The notes under the pieces: model-generated
Told to the model about the DNA's origin: nothing
Seen by the model: only the letters and a program-made list of their open reading frames with translations
Databases searched by the model: none
From: an uncultured Nitrospiraceae bacterium
GTDB taxonomy: Bacteria > Nitrospirota > Nitrospiria > Nitrospirales > Nitrospiraceae
Direction of reading: 5' to 3'
Assembly: GCA_963846575.1 (NCBI GenBank)
Contig: CAWJWJ010000002.1
Location: forward strand, 2,624,001 to 2,688,000
Length of the DNA stretch: 64,000 bases
Position numbers and translations under genes: made by a program
In this document: in pieces, positions 29,751 through 39,892 of the stretch
How the letters are laid out: the number at the start of each line of letters is the position of its first letter
Numbering within the stretch: position 1 is the stretch's first letter

Positions 29751-30632
29751 TTACTTCTTAGCATCCATGGCGCACCGAAACCCAATCGTCCGATCTTGAT
29801 ACTCGGGTTCCGCAGACATGCGTGCTGACACTCTGAGCGCAACAGGAAGGTCCGCCCACGATCCTCCTCGAATCACTCGCTTGTCACCCGTCGAAGGCCC
29901 CGGGGGATTTTTGTCCGGACTATTTGCAAAATACTCACGATCATACCAATCGGCTACCCATTCGGCCGCATTGCCCGCCATGTGGTGCAGCCCATAGGGG
30001 CTTCTGCCTCCCTCTTTCAGCCCATGACGAACACTCATTCCTTCCACCCCGCCTGCAACATCCACCAACGTAATCGCTTCGCTCACCCAGACACCACGGT
30101 TGTAGTTGGCAATATCCACAAACGGCTGCATGTGTCCCCACGGATACCGGCGTCCGTCGGTGCCGCGCGCAGCTTTTTCCCATTCGGCCTCCGTTGGCAG
30201 CCGCTTTCCGGCCCAGGCACAATAGGCTGCAGCATCGGCCCACCCCATGCCTACAGCCGGGCGATCGCCGACGACAGTTGCGGCTTCATCATCCCACGTG
30301 GAGGGCGAATCATGCTGCGCTTCCACAAGAAACTTGCGATACAACTGCATGGAGACTTCGTACTGATCGATGAGATAGGGATCAAGGCTGATCGAATGCT
30401 CAGGTCGTTCGGCGGGAAGGCCATCATTGCTGCCCATTGTAAACGGCCCGGCTGGAATCAAGATCATCGGGGCGCCATCCTTCCCTTGGATGGGCTCGGC
30501 TGCTGTGATCTGCCCCGTTCCCAGCGGTGGGGACTCGACCGCCCACACCGAGATAATCCCGCTGATCATGAAGACGAACGCCGAGACAAATACGACAAGT
30601 GCATGCATACACACCTCCAGCCGGATCCACAC
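29751..30632 (-). CDS. Exported FGE-sulfatase (SUMF1) domain protein
   Basis: Signal peptide, RLPTEAEWEKAARG, MAGNAAEW, RGGSW, IGFRCA. Confidence 0.9.
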   Translation of the reverse strand: MWIRLEVCMHALVVFVSAFVFMISGIISVWAVESPPLGTGQITAAEPIQGKDGAPMILIPAGPFTMGSNDGLPAERPEHSISLDPYLIDQYEVSMQLYRKFLVEAQHDSPSTWDDEAATVVGDRPAVGMGWADAAAYCAWAGKRLPTEAEWEKAARGTDGRRYPWGHMQPFVDIANYNRGVWVSEAITLVDVAGGVEGMSVRHGLKEGGRSPYGLHHMAGNAAEWVADWYDREYFANSPDKNPPGPSTGDKRVIRGGSWADLPVALRVSARMSAEPEYQDRTIGFRCAMDAKK

Positions 30633-30777
30633 TCACAGTCTACCATGCTCTATCAGCGCCCGAAGTGTAGCCGCCAACCCGAGCAAACTCAACTGAAAGC
30701 CCGGAAAGACACTGCCCGTATCAGTGGTGAATGATCGCAGTTAATGGAGAATACAGAGGAGCGGGGCCCTGAAACGA

Positions 30778-30810
30778 CACCGGCCGGCATTCTGGTGATG
30801 CCGGCCGGTG
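30778..30810 (-). terminator. Stem-loop, probable terminator
   Basis: 13-bp perfect stem CACCGGCCGGCAT/ATGCCGGCCGGTG just after the stop at 30835; weak U tract. Confidence 0.65.
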
Positions 30811-30834
30811 GGGAGAGAGATGAACGACTGAGAG

Positions 30835-31329
30835 CTATCGATTGAGCTCTGCCACGCGACGGTCGTGCTCTTTAGCACTTCGAGCAGTCATAAGGTCAGA
30901 CCGGTCCAGGAGGTTGCGCAAGACCTCCTGCTTGAGTTGAACCAGCAACGCTTTACTGTAAATGGAGGAAGGCGCAGTATCCTGCAGGAGGTTCAGCCAG
31001 CCCGTGGTCGCTGCATCGTAGCGACTATTCGGCATGGTCGTATGCAACTCTTGAAACACCGTAATCGCATCCGCTCGATTCTCGAACAGCGCGACCAGGC
31101 CTCGAGTGTAGTACGCGTCCTCACAACCTGGCCCCTTATGGCAACTCTTCATGCGGGAGTCCTGCGCATGGGCAATTGCCTGAAGCGGCTTCAAATCATT
31201 CGCATCGACAGGGAAAAAGGCACTGCTGGGTAACGTCGTTGAGGACCCGACCTTCATTATCGAGCAACCTTCAATACCCCCCATCAAGAGCGTTCCCACA
31301 GTGAGACAGAGAAGCGTTTGTTGCAACAT
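30835..31329 (-). CDS. Hypothetical lipoprotein
   Basis: AGGAGG RBS, IEGC lipobox-like, one TPR-like helix pair. Confidence 0.75.
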   Translation of the reverse strand: MLQQTLLCLTVGTLLMGGIEGCSIMKVGSSTTLPSSAFFPVDANDLKPLQAIAHAQDSRMKSCHKGPGCEDAYYTRGLVALFENRADAITVFQELHTTMPNSRYDAATTGWLNLLQDTAPSSIYSKALLVQLKQEVLRNLLDRSDLMTARSAKEHDRRVAELNR

Positions 31330-31574
31330 CGTATCCTCCTAGCAGACAGGCTGGCTTGTGTCTGAGCATCGCGTTCAAGTGATGTTCCAACTCTACCATT
31401 GAACCTTCGCCCAGCCATTCCACGGAGGATGTACCTCGTCGGTACTGCGTCTAACTACAGCGGTTCCCCGCCACAGACACACTCTCCAGACTGCTGTCGC
31501 TTTCTGAGGAGAATGGATTGAGTTGTGTCCAATCGGACTGTGCGGGCATTGGAGAATCAAGGCATTAGGTTTTA

Positions 31575-34500
31575 TTATTGCCAGCTTGCGGCAATAATCT
31601 GCTGCACATCTTGGGGACGCTGGGCCACCCCTTGCTCCCACGTTAGCCCTGTCTGCTGGGTAAACCCTGCCATGGCCTGGATCAATTGATTCACCTGCGT
31701 ATTAATTAATTGCTGGCCATTGCCGGCTTGTACCGTTTCAATTTGGTGGGTGGTACCACTATACCAGTCGAGGAGCGTTACCTGATCGGTGGAACCGTGA
31801 AGTGCGATGGAGAGGTCATTTGCATTTCGACTTAGCATGAGATCTAGCGGGTTGATGCCCGAACCAAAGTGCATCCGATCGCTTGTCCCACTGGCGTCGG
31901 TGACAACATCCCGACCATCTCCGCGAGCGAATTGGAAGACATCGTTTCCTGTTCCACCATTGAGCGCATCATTCCCCAATCCGCCTGTAATCGTATCGTT
32001 CCCGTCACCGCCTGCCAAAGCATTGTTACCGTGATTGCCGGTCAGCACATTGGCCAGAATATTGCCCGTCCCGTTGATCGCCGCAGATCCGGTCAGGGTA
32101 AGATTTTCGAGATTGGCCCCCAGGACCCAGGTCGCAGAACTTTCCACCGTATCGGTGCCGGCATTCAACCCTTCGACCACGGTGTCCCCCGCGCCAACGA
32201 CATAGCTGTCGTTTCCTGTCCCACCGGTCAACGTGTTGGCCGCGCTGTTGCCAGTCAGAATGTTGTTGAGCCCGTTTCCCGTGCCATTGATGGCGGCAGT
32301 CCCAGTGAGCGTCAGATTCTCGATATTCGCCGCAAGTGTGTGCGTCACAGAACTCTTGACAGTATCTCTACCGGCATTCAGCCCTTCGACAACGGTGTCG
32401 CCGGCCCCGACGACATAGGTGTCATTCCCTCCTCCTCCAGTGAGTCTATTTGCCGCGCCATTCCCAGTCAGAATATTATCCAGTCCGTTCCCGGTTCCAT
32501 TGATCGCCCCGATCCCGGTCAGCGTGAGATTCTCCACATTGGCGGCAAGGGTGTACGTCACCAAACTCTGAACCGTGTCGATGCCTTCATGAGGCAATTC
32601 GGTTATCTTGTCGCTGGCGTTGTCCACGATATACATGTCGTCGCCATGACCTCCGATCAGGGTATCCCCGCCGGCGCCACCATTGAGAATGTTTGCGGCA
32701 CTGTTCCCGGTCAGAGTGTTCGCTACACCATTGCCGCTTCCGTCGATGGCGGACGTTCCCGTCAAGACCAACTTTTCCAAATTGGTCCCCAGTGTCCAAC
32801 TAATATCGGTTTGGACGATATCGGTGCCGGCACTCGCGGCCTCTACAACCGTATCACCGGCTCCGACCACATAGGTGTCGTTCCCTGTCCCGCCTGCGAG
32901 AACATTGGCCGCCGTGTTGCCGACAATAATATTGTTAAGTGAATTCCCGGTTCCGTTGATTGCTGCACTGCCTGCAAGCGTCAGGTTTTCGACATTCGCT
33001 CCCAACGCATACGAGATGCTGCTTTGAACGGTATCCACCCCTAGCCCAGCTTCCTCAGTCACTCCATCCCCGACATCATCGACTACATAGAGATCATTTC
33101 CGGAACCACCGATCATGGTATCAGCACCGATACCCCCGTCCAGCGTATCGCTTCCAGCGCCGCCATCCAATTGGTCACTTCCGGCACCGCCGAGCAATTT
33201 ATCATCACCGGCTCTACCACGGAGGCTATCGTTTCCTCCCATTCCTGACAGAATATCATTCGTAACATTCCCGGAAAGATAATCTGCCTCATCGGTGCCA
33301 ATCAGGTCCACGCCTTCAAGTCGCGCTAACATCTCGCTATAGTCCCAGATCGTGCCATCTGCAAATTGGATTTGATCGACGCGGGCCGCCTCGCCCAGGA
33401 AAAATCCAGCGAGGCCCAGTTGATCATCTGTCCCGTTCAGCAAAAGGACAATATCGCTGCCATTGTCGGGCATCGCACGCAGTGTAACATCACCTGGGAT
33501 GATTCCTTCTGTGAGTCGGATCGTATCCACATCTGCAAAATTCCCTTGTTCGTCGATAAAGTCGTCCCCATATCCCCGGCCGAAGATATAGGTATCGTGT
33601 CCCGACGAACCCTCAAGAAAATCGGAACCCGCCCCACCATCCAAAATATCATTTCCCATGTTCGCACGGATCTGATCGTCTCCTCCCATCCCCCAAATGG
33701 CATCATCCCCCAATAAACCATAGAGCGAATCATCTGCTTCGCCACCGACAAAGGTTTTTACACGTCCATTAATATCATCTGGGTTCCATATCGTCCCGTC
33801 AGTGAAAATAAGCTGGTCGACGGTGGCGTTGGCAGAGGCAAAGTAGGATTCAACGCTTAACTGATCATTGGTCCCATTAATTTTGATGACGAGATGGTTG
33901 ACATGGTTTTCCATTGTGATGTCGGCTGGCACGACGCCCATGAGAAATTGCACCCGGTCCAGGCCTGTTTGCATATAGGTCTGCTTGCCCATGCGTACGA
34001 TGTCTTGCCCATACCCACGGCCAAACACAAATGTATTATCTCCCACCCCGACGAGGATGTCGTTTCCTTCTCGTCCATCAAGCTGGTTCGGGCCAGACAG
34101 TTGGTTGTCCAATGCATTACCTACTACATCCACCGTTTGGGTCGGGTCCAAATAAAAATCGTCGAGAATCTGCACATTCTCCACATGATCCGGAGTCATC
34201 AACGTGAGTGAAGAAATCGGCGCAAGTTGGATGGTATCGATTCCCGCATTGGCATCCTCTGACACAGTCGGAAGACCGGAAAGGAAACGATAGATATCAT
34301 CGCCCATCCCACCGAATAACTGATCGCCGCCCCCGTGCGATTCCAACAGATCGTTTCCCGCCCCACCGTGCAGCACATTCACGCCAGTCCCACCGTACAG
34401 ACGATCATGTCCTTCTCCACCGTGTACGACATCGTCGCCCTCATCCCCTTCCAACACATCAGCGCCCTCGCCGCCGAGCAAGATGTCGTTTCCTTCACGT

Positions 34501-37500
34501 CCATGGAACCAATCATCGACTTGGCTACCTTGCATATGATCGGCAACGGTGGTACCAAACAACGTTCCTCCCGTCACCGACGCGGACAAGTGAAAGCCGC
34601 GAGAGAGCAATTGGCTGCTCGTCAGCACGGTCCCGTCTGCGAACTCAAACCGGCCAATGGTGTGAAACTCCGCCGGGGAATTGAGCCCGAAACCGATAAT
34701 CTGAACCGCGTCGCCACCGTGTCCTACTCGCACCACCAGCGAATCACCAGCTACCACATCCAAACTCAGGGATTCGGCCATGACACCGGAGCCGAAGACC
34801 AGACGGTTGCTCTGAATCGCATCATCCTCGATCGAATCAACCCCGTCCCCCAGACTAAACCGGTAGGTGTCGAGGCCCCCTCCACCGATCAGGCGATCAT
34901 TCCCGGCCCCACCGTGTAAATCGTCTTCTCCTGCCGCCGAATACGGACCATCCCACGATTCTCCGAACAACACATCGTCGCCACTCCCTCCCTCTAACTG
35001 ATCGTTGCCACCTCCCCCCTGCAAGACGTCATCGCCCTCACCGCCGCCGAGGGTGTCGTTTCCCGCCTGGCTCGCAAGTGGTGAGTCACCGAAAAGGGAA
35101 TCATTGCCGGCCTCTCCGAAGAGCACATCGTCGCCAACATCGCCCACCAACTGGTCAGAGCCGTCGCCCCCAAACAGTCGGTCCTGTCCCCCACCGCCCC
35201 ACAACTGGTCGTCGCCCTCTTCGCCATTCAGCGTGTCATTCCCACCGATCAGGCTCAGGACAGTTGGATCGTTGCCATCGCCATAAAGGAAATCATCGCC
35301 GGCCCCTCCGATAACAAGGTCATCACCATCGCCCCCCTGCACTTCATCGATCCCGTCGCCACCAAAGAGTGTATCGTTCCCCTCGCCCCCTCTCACGAGA
35401 TCATCATCTTCTTCACCGTCGAGCAGGTCAGCGCCCTCCTGACCTAACAAGAAATCGTCGCCTCTCCCTCCAAACAACTCGTCGTCTCCCAAACCACCCT
35501 GCAATTCATCGTCCCCCTCGTCACCCGACAAGATGTCTCCCCCGTCTTGACCGAAGAGCCGATCATTTTCGCTGCCGCCTGCCAAGGAATCGTTTCCGCC
35601 ACCACCTTGAAGCTCATCGATCCCGGCTCCCCCATGAAGCATATCGTTAGAGCCGGGCTCATTCGCGTACTCTCCAACCAGCAAGTCGTCCCCAATTCCT
35701 CCAAATAACACATCGGCTCCCACCCCACCGTACAACTGATCGTTTCCCTCACCGCCCTCAAGCCAGTCATCACCCGCTCGCACGGCATACAGCGCCCCTT
35801 CGCCAAAAATCACATCGTCCCCACTGCCCCCGATCAGGACATCCGCGAGTCCTCCGCCATAAAGCCAGTCATTCCCCGCGCCACCATCCAGATAGTCCTC
35901 ACCATCTTTGGCTGGATCCCACGGCAGAAGGGTTGCTCCACCGTTATGATCGCCGAACAAAACATCGATCCCATCACCACCCAACAGGAGGTCTGCGCCT
36001 CCAAATCCGATCAGGTTGTCGTCACCTGCTCCGCCGTCCATCGTGTCCTCCCCTAAGCCCAGAGAATAATCTAGGGTAAAGGAGAACCCAGTATTGAACG
36101 GGTGATCAGGCGGAATGATGGTCAACTCGGTCGTACCTCCATCCCCCCTCAGGTCATCGTTTCCACTGCCGCCGAGCAAGACGTCATTCCCCGCCCCGCC
36201 CACCAGGAGATCGTCGCCGGCCCCTCCATCTAAATAATCCTGCCCGGCTTGTTCGAGCGACAGATCCCCATAGAGTCGGTCATCGCCGTCACCGCCCTCC
36301 AGCACGTCGTTATCTTCCCAGCCATACAACTCGTCATTTCCCCCAAAACCCTGAAGCAGGTCGTTGCCTGCACGGCTGGACAGACGATCGAAATTGGGTC
36401 CGCCGTATAGCTGATCGTTCCCTGGTCCCGCATAAATCCGATAACTCCCTTGTCCCCCTTGGAAGATATAGTTCTTCGCCTCGATACGCTCGATGATCCA
36501 AGCTCCCGTCTGAGGAAGCAGAATCTCCTCAGCCGCAAATCCATTGGCGCCAAAATTTATCGGAGGAACCGCGCCGGCGACGAACGAGTCCATGTTGGCT
36601 ACCGTCACGTGGGCCTCCACCTGCGTGCTATGCGTGGACTGACCTTCGGCATCTGCCAGCGTAACAGAGAGCGTGAGTGATGCATCAGCCGCGATGTCTT
36701 GCGTCGACTTGAGCCCGACGACCAACTGCCTCCGGCCCTCCGGAACGACCAGCGCAAAGGCACTGCCTTGCGGCAGGAGGTCCGTACCATCAGTGCGGAG
36801 CACGACCCCGCCTGCGTTGGGGCCGCTCAGCGTCAGCATCAGTTTCTGGCCACCGATCGCCGCTTCGAAGGGCAGATTGATGGTGATCGCTTTCAGTTGG
36901 CCTTCCCTGAGACTCACGGCTGCCGGTACTACGGCATCAGGATTAAACCCCGCTGCGTTAAACGGATTCGCTCCGAAGCCTTGCTGCACAACTACGGTCT
37001 GCCCGGCCTGTTGAAGCGTAATTCTCGCAGCTTCCAGTGCTGCGCCTAGGACTGGATCCACGGTCCATTCGCGCGACGCCTGCTCATACCCCTTCCGAAA
37101 GGCATCAAGCTCGATAAATCCCAAAGAACGGCCCAGATCGAACACCCCAGGAATGTCGCCGATGAACTCTGAAAAGACATTCGCGATTCCCTGAGCCGTG
37201 TTAGTAATCCACGGAACCAGCGTGCCTTCGACAAATGCATCGACGGCTCCGACTGCACCCCTCAAATTTCTGCCTACCTCAATCAGTGCTGAACTGACCA
37301 GTCCTTGTACCTGAGCCACGTTTTGACCGAGGGCGTCGGCTGCACCAGTAATCATCTCTAACGCTCGATTGATCCCTCCGCCCGGCAATGCCAACGTGTC
37401 GGCGAAGACATCACGATCAAACTGAAGCCCTACCAATTGCGCCGCTGCTTCGGCTTGTTTGCCCAACTCCCCCACCCCAAGCGCCACGCCCAGAGCTGAA

Positions 37501-37979
37501 GCATAGAGTGCCAGACGGAGAGCCGCTTCCGTGTTTCCCTGTACTGTGCCGTCGGTATTTCCAAGTTGCGAGTAATGGCGGGCAAATGACTGCGAGAGCG
37601 CCAGGTCTAATTGAAGCGGAATGTAGGGTACCACCGGGGCTGCCCAGTATTCCGGCTTCCTAATCGTATGGGCAAACAGCCCCTCGCCTGTAGTAGCGAA
37701 GGTTACTTGATGTCCGACCACCTGTGTCCCTGCGCCACCCACATGCGGCCCGCCCAGCAAATGAACTGCATCACCCTGCACAATCGGAGGTTGTCCGATC
37801 ACCACATGATGTTCACCGATAACCACTGACATCCGGTCAGTCCCCGGAGAGGCTCCACCCAGGACGTGTGTAATCCCCGGGGCATTGAAGGTAGTGAAGT
37901 GGAGCTGAGTGGGATTGATTATGAAATTGGGATTGGAGTTACCTTGAGCATTATTGGGGTCTAGGCAGCCCTCGAGCAA
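31575..37979 (-). CDS. RTX calcium-binding exoprotein, T1SS substrate (main ORF; gene probably starts at 38417)
   Basis: Dozens of GGxGxDxLx nonapeptides, several FADGT-type haemolysin Ca-binding-related domains, C-terminal QLIQAMAGF...AASWQ tail. Confidence 0.93.
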   Translation of the reverse strand: MLEGCLDPNNAQGNSNPNFIINPTQLHFTTFNAPGITHVLGGASPGTDRMSVVIGEHHVVIGQPPIVQGDAVHLLGGPHVGGAGTQVVGHQVTFATTGEGLFAHTIRKPEYWAAPVVPYIPLQLDLALSQSFARHYSQLGNTDGTVQGNTEAALRLALYASALGVALGVGELGKQAEAAAQLVGLQFDRDVFADTLALPGGGINRALEMITGAADALGQNVAQVQGLVSSALIEVGRNLRGAVGAVDAFVEGTLVPWITNTAQGIANVFSEFIGDIPGVFDLGRSLGFIELDAFRKGYEQASREWTVDPVLGAALEAARITLQQAGQTVVVQQGFGANPFNAAGFNPDAVVPAAVSLREGQLKAITINLPFEAAIGGQKLMLTLSGPNAGGVVLRTDGTDLLPQGSAFALVVPEGRRQLVVGLKSTQDIAADASLTLSVTLADAEGQSTHSTQVEAHVTVANMDSFVAGAVPPINFGANGFAAEEILLPQTGAWIIERIEAKNYIFQGGQGSYRIYAGPGNDQLYGGPNFDRLSSRAGNDLLQGFGGNDELYGWEDNDVLEGGDGDDRLYGDLSLEQAGQDYLDGGAGDDLLVGGAGNDVLLGGSGNDDLRGDGGTTELTIIPPDHPFNTGFSFTLDYSLGLGEDTMDGGAGDDNLIGFGGADLLLGGDGIDVLFGDHNGGATLLPWDPAKDGEDYLDGGAGNDWLYGGGLADVLIGGSGDDVIFGEGALYAVRAGDDWLEGGEGNDQLYGGVGADVLFGGIGDDLLVGEYANEPGSNDMLHGGAGIDELQGGGGNDSLAGGSENDRLFGQDGGDILSGDEGDDELQGGLGDDELFGGRGDDFLLGQEGADLLDGEEDDDLVRGGEGNDTLFGGDGIDEVQGGDGDDLVIGGAGDDFLYGDGNDPTVLSLIGGNDTLNGEEGDDQLWGGGGQDRLFGGDGSDQLVGDVGDDVLFGEAGNDSLFGDSPLASQAGNDTLGGGEGDDVLQGGGGNDQLEGGSGDDVLFGESWDGPYSAAGEDDLHGGAGNDRLIGGGGLDTYRFSLGDGVDSIEDDAIQSNRLVFGSGVMAESLSLDVVAGDSLVVRVGHGGDAVQIIGFGLNSPAEFHTIGRFEFADGTVLTSSQLLSRGFHLSASVTGGTLFGTTVADHMQGSQVDDWFHGREGNDILLGGEGADVLEGDEGDDVVHGGEGHDRLYGGTGVNVLHGGAGNDLLESHGGGDQLFGGMGDDIYRFLSGLPTVSEDANAGIDTIQLAPISSLTLMTPDHVENVQILDDFYLDPTQTVDVVGNALDNQLSGPNQLDGREGNDILVGVGDNTFVFGRGYGQDIVRMGKQTYMQTGLDRVQFLMGVVPADITMENHVNHLVIKINGTNDQLSVESYFASANATVDQLIFTDGTIWNPDDINGRVKTFVGGEADDSLYGLLGDDAIWGMGGDDQIRANMGNDILDGGAGSDFLEGSSGHDTYIFGRGYGDDFIDEQGNFADVDTIRLTEGIIPGDVTLRAMPDNGSDIVLLLNGTDDQLGLAGFFLGEAARVDQIQFADGTIWDYSEMLARLEGVDLIGTDEADYLSGNVTNDILSGMGGNDSLRGRAGDDKLLGGAGSDQLDGGAGSDTLDGGIGADTMIGGSGNDLYVVDDVGDGVTEEAGLGVDTVQSSISYALGANVENLTLAGSAAINGTGNSLNNIIVGNTAANVLAGGTGNDTYVVGAGDTVVEAASAGTDIVQTDISWTLGTNLEKLVLTGTSAIDGSGNGVANTLTGNSAANILNGGAGGDTLIGGHGDDMYIVDNASDKITELPHEGIDTVQSLVTYTLAANVENLTLTGIGAINGTGNGLDNILTGNGAANRLTGGGGNDTYVVGAGDTVVEGLNAGRDTVKSSVTHTLAANIENLTLTGTAAINGTGNGLNNILTGNSAANTLTGGTGNDSYVVGAGDTVVEGLNAGTDTVESSATWVLGANLENLTLTGSAAINGTGNILANVLTGNHGNNALAGGDGNDTITGGLGNDALNGGTGNDVFQFARGDGRDVVTDASGTSDRMHFGSGINPLDLMLSRNANDLSIALHGSTDQVTLLDWYSGTTHQIETVQAGNGQQLINTQVNQLIQAMAGFTQQTGLTWEQGVAQRPQDVQQIIAASWQ
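32000..33098 (-). repeat. Five tandem ~71-aa (~213-bp) repeats in the RTX protein
   Basis: Recurrent NDTYVVGAGDTVVE...ENLTLTG.AAINGTGN.LNNILTGN.AAN units; 213-bp spacing between the copies near 32200 and 32413. Confidence 0.85.
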
Positions 37980-38417
37980 TTTCCAGAACAGAAGTGAAAT
38001 CGCTGACCTGACTCTTCGTCTTTCAAATTTGTGTCATTAATAGCCCATTGAACTAACGCACCGCCTAGACTGTGGCCAACTAGCTCCACCTTTCGGTTTG
38101 CGACCAATTCTTGGGCAAGCCATGGATTCACATCATTACGGAGTTCATTAAATTGGGTTTTGCCAATATCGGTGACATCCGCGAACAGATCTTCCATATT
38201 CACAGACGTGACTTCCGATCCACGAAACACCAGCATTCGCCGACCGTCGTCTTACGGCTCGCTTGAGCGCGTAGACAAAGCCACCGCTCCACCGGACCTT
38301 GGCCACTCTCTTCCGTTCCAAATGACGGATCAATTGCCAGCCTATGGAAAAGGAATTCTCGTAATATACTAGTTCTGCAGCTTCGCGAGCATCAGCTAGG
38401 CTAACAACGGCGGTCAT
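37961..38417 (-). pseudogene. Frameshifted N-terminal lipase (alpha/beta hydrolase) part of the RTX gene
   Basis: AAGGAG RBS and ATG 38417 (MTAVVSLADAREAAELVY); LVFRGSE; VELVGHSLGGALVQ; at least 3 frame changes (~38250, ~38005, ~37965) join it to the main ORF. Confidence 0.8.
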
Positions 38418-39666
38418 GGCGTTGCTCCTTGCATTCGATGAACATGAGTTCAGACTGTCCTTTATTACGCTCACCCACTTGCGACCGTCGGCGACATCTG
38501 ATTGCCGCAATTTCGTCTGGAAAATTGACTTTCATGAAGTGGTTCAACACTCGGCCTCTTGGATTTTTGAGCGTCCATCCAGAGGCTCGTCACGAGACGA
38601 TGACCGCGCTCAATCATCACTACGTCACCTTGGGCATTCACATGCAGATCGTGCAAATAAATGGATCATCGGGAGTTTGTCTGAATACTTACCACTTCTT
38701 CCATCTTTAGCCTTTTCCCCATCTAGATGAAATCGGCAGATCCTCCCCCCAACAGTGAGATGGCGATCGCATGGTCACCTGCTCTAAAACACCCCCGTAG
38801 AGGTGATTTCCCAGTTAGATCGGGCTTAAAACTGAGCCTCCAGCTGATATGGGCCTTGTTCCTGCGTGGTCTGCTGTACTATGCGACCATTTAAATCTGT
38901 AGCAGATAACCTTGCTTAGTTCCGTGCCATCGGCCATTTTCAAAGGTGGTTCCGAATTGGTCACCCATTCGTAATTTCCACTACCTTTGCTGACTCGAAT
39001 CGTCTCATCCCAGCGATACTGGACAAGGAATCCTTTGTCCAGTAACCACATACGTTTGGTACCTCTATCGTGGGGCAAACACACCGCGCGATACCCTGGC
39101 AGGAGATATGCGAATCCACAATCGTTCTTGGCCTGATCTGGTAGCGCTGAACTCTGCAAGCCCCGTCCACCCAAAGTATTACTAAAACTCAGGACAAATT
39201 GGTTTGCGATGCTGACAGCTTGTGGTACGACGAAACCCTCTAGTTTCTCTGCCAACAGGGTTGGTGGCTGGCCGATTGTTAGAGAGTAGAGCTTGTTCCG
39301 TTTCTTATCCGCGGATAACACATGGAACAACAGGGTGTGCGACTGACAAGTCACATCGCGAATGTGAGGCTGTAAGTTCGGTTCAATGGGCGCCAGATCA
39401 ATTCTCCTGAGATCTTTAGGTTTAGCCGGATCAAGGTAATAGAGCCCCTCCACCTCGAACTCCTGCCCAGGGGCTGGCTGGCCTCCTTTTACGATCACGA
39501 AATGCGTGTCGTCATACCAGCAGCCCCCACCTCTGATCCCTGTATTGATGACCTGGTATTCACGTTCGCCTTTGGCCAGAACAGTACTTACACAAGCGGC
39601 TGCAATGAGGACCACGGACAGGCACAGACGCTTCCGATTCCTGTGAGGCAATCGAGCCCTGTTCAT
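38414..39666 (-). CDS. Exported hypothetical protein, possibly beta-propeller; 3' third broken by multiple indels (intact ORF 38815-39666)
   Basis: AAGGAG RBS, Sec-type signal peptide; protein-like sequence continues across frames (GGRICRFHLDG, LHDLHVNAQGDVVMIERGHR, DGRKWVS) to a TGA overlapping the RTX ATG. Confidence 0.7.
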
Positions 39667-39892
39667 TGACGGTGGACTCCTTTGTTTGGACGTGGTGCGT
39701 TGTAAAAGAGTTAGGAGCGACCATTTTGGCGATCTACTGGCACATCAGCGAACCTCAGTTACAGCCGGCTTGCACATCCCACTCTGTGCTGTGACATAGA
39801 GTGTCAAGAGCTCTTGTTCCATGCTGTTTGGGATGACCAGGTTGAAGACACAAGGGCCCCAAATTTCACCGGGATCATGTCTTGTGGCTGCC

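Noticed and set aside
29751..29890. FGE-sulfatase C-terminus as a diversity-generating retroelement target
   Set aside because: No second copy (template repeat) or reverse transcriptase seen in the window.
31374..31390. Possible sigma54 promoter TTGGAACATCACTTGAA for the lipoprotein gene
   Set aside because: Spacing is right but both boxes deviate from consensus; too weak to call.
32000..36450. Periodic DNA repeats resembling an array
   Set aside because: They are in-frame coding RTX repeats with synonymous divergence, not CRISPR or non-coding repeats.
37950..38950. Programmed frameshifting or phase variation explaining the broken ORFs
   Set aside because: Too many shifts in both directions and no long homopolymer or slippery tract at the break points; the same applies to katG.
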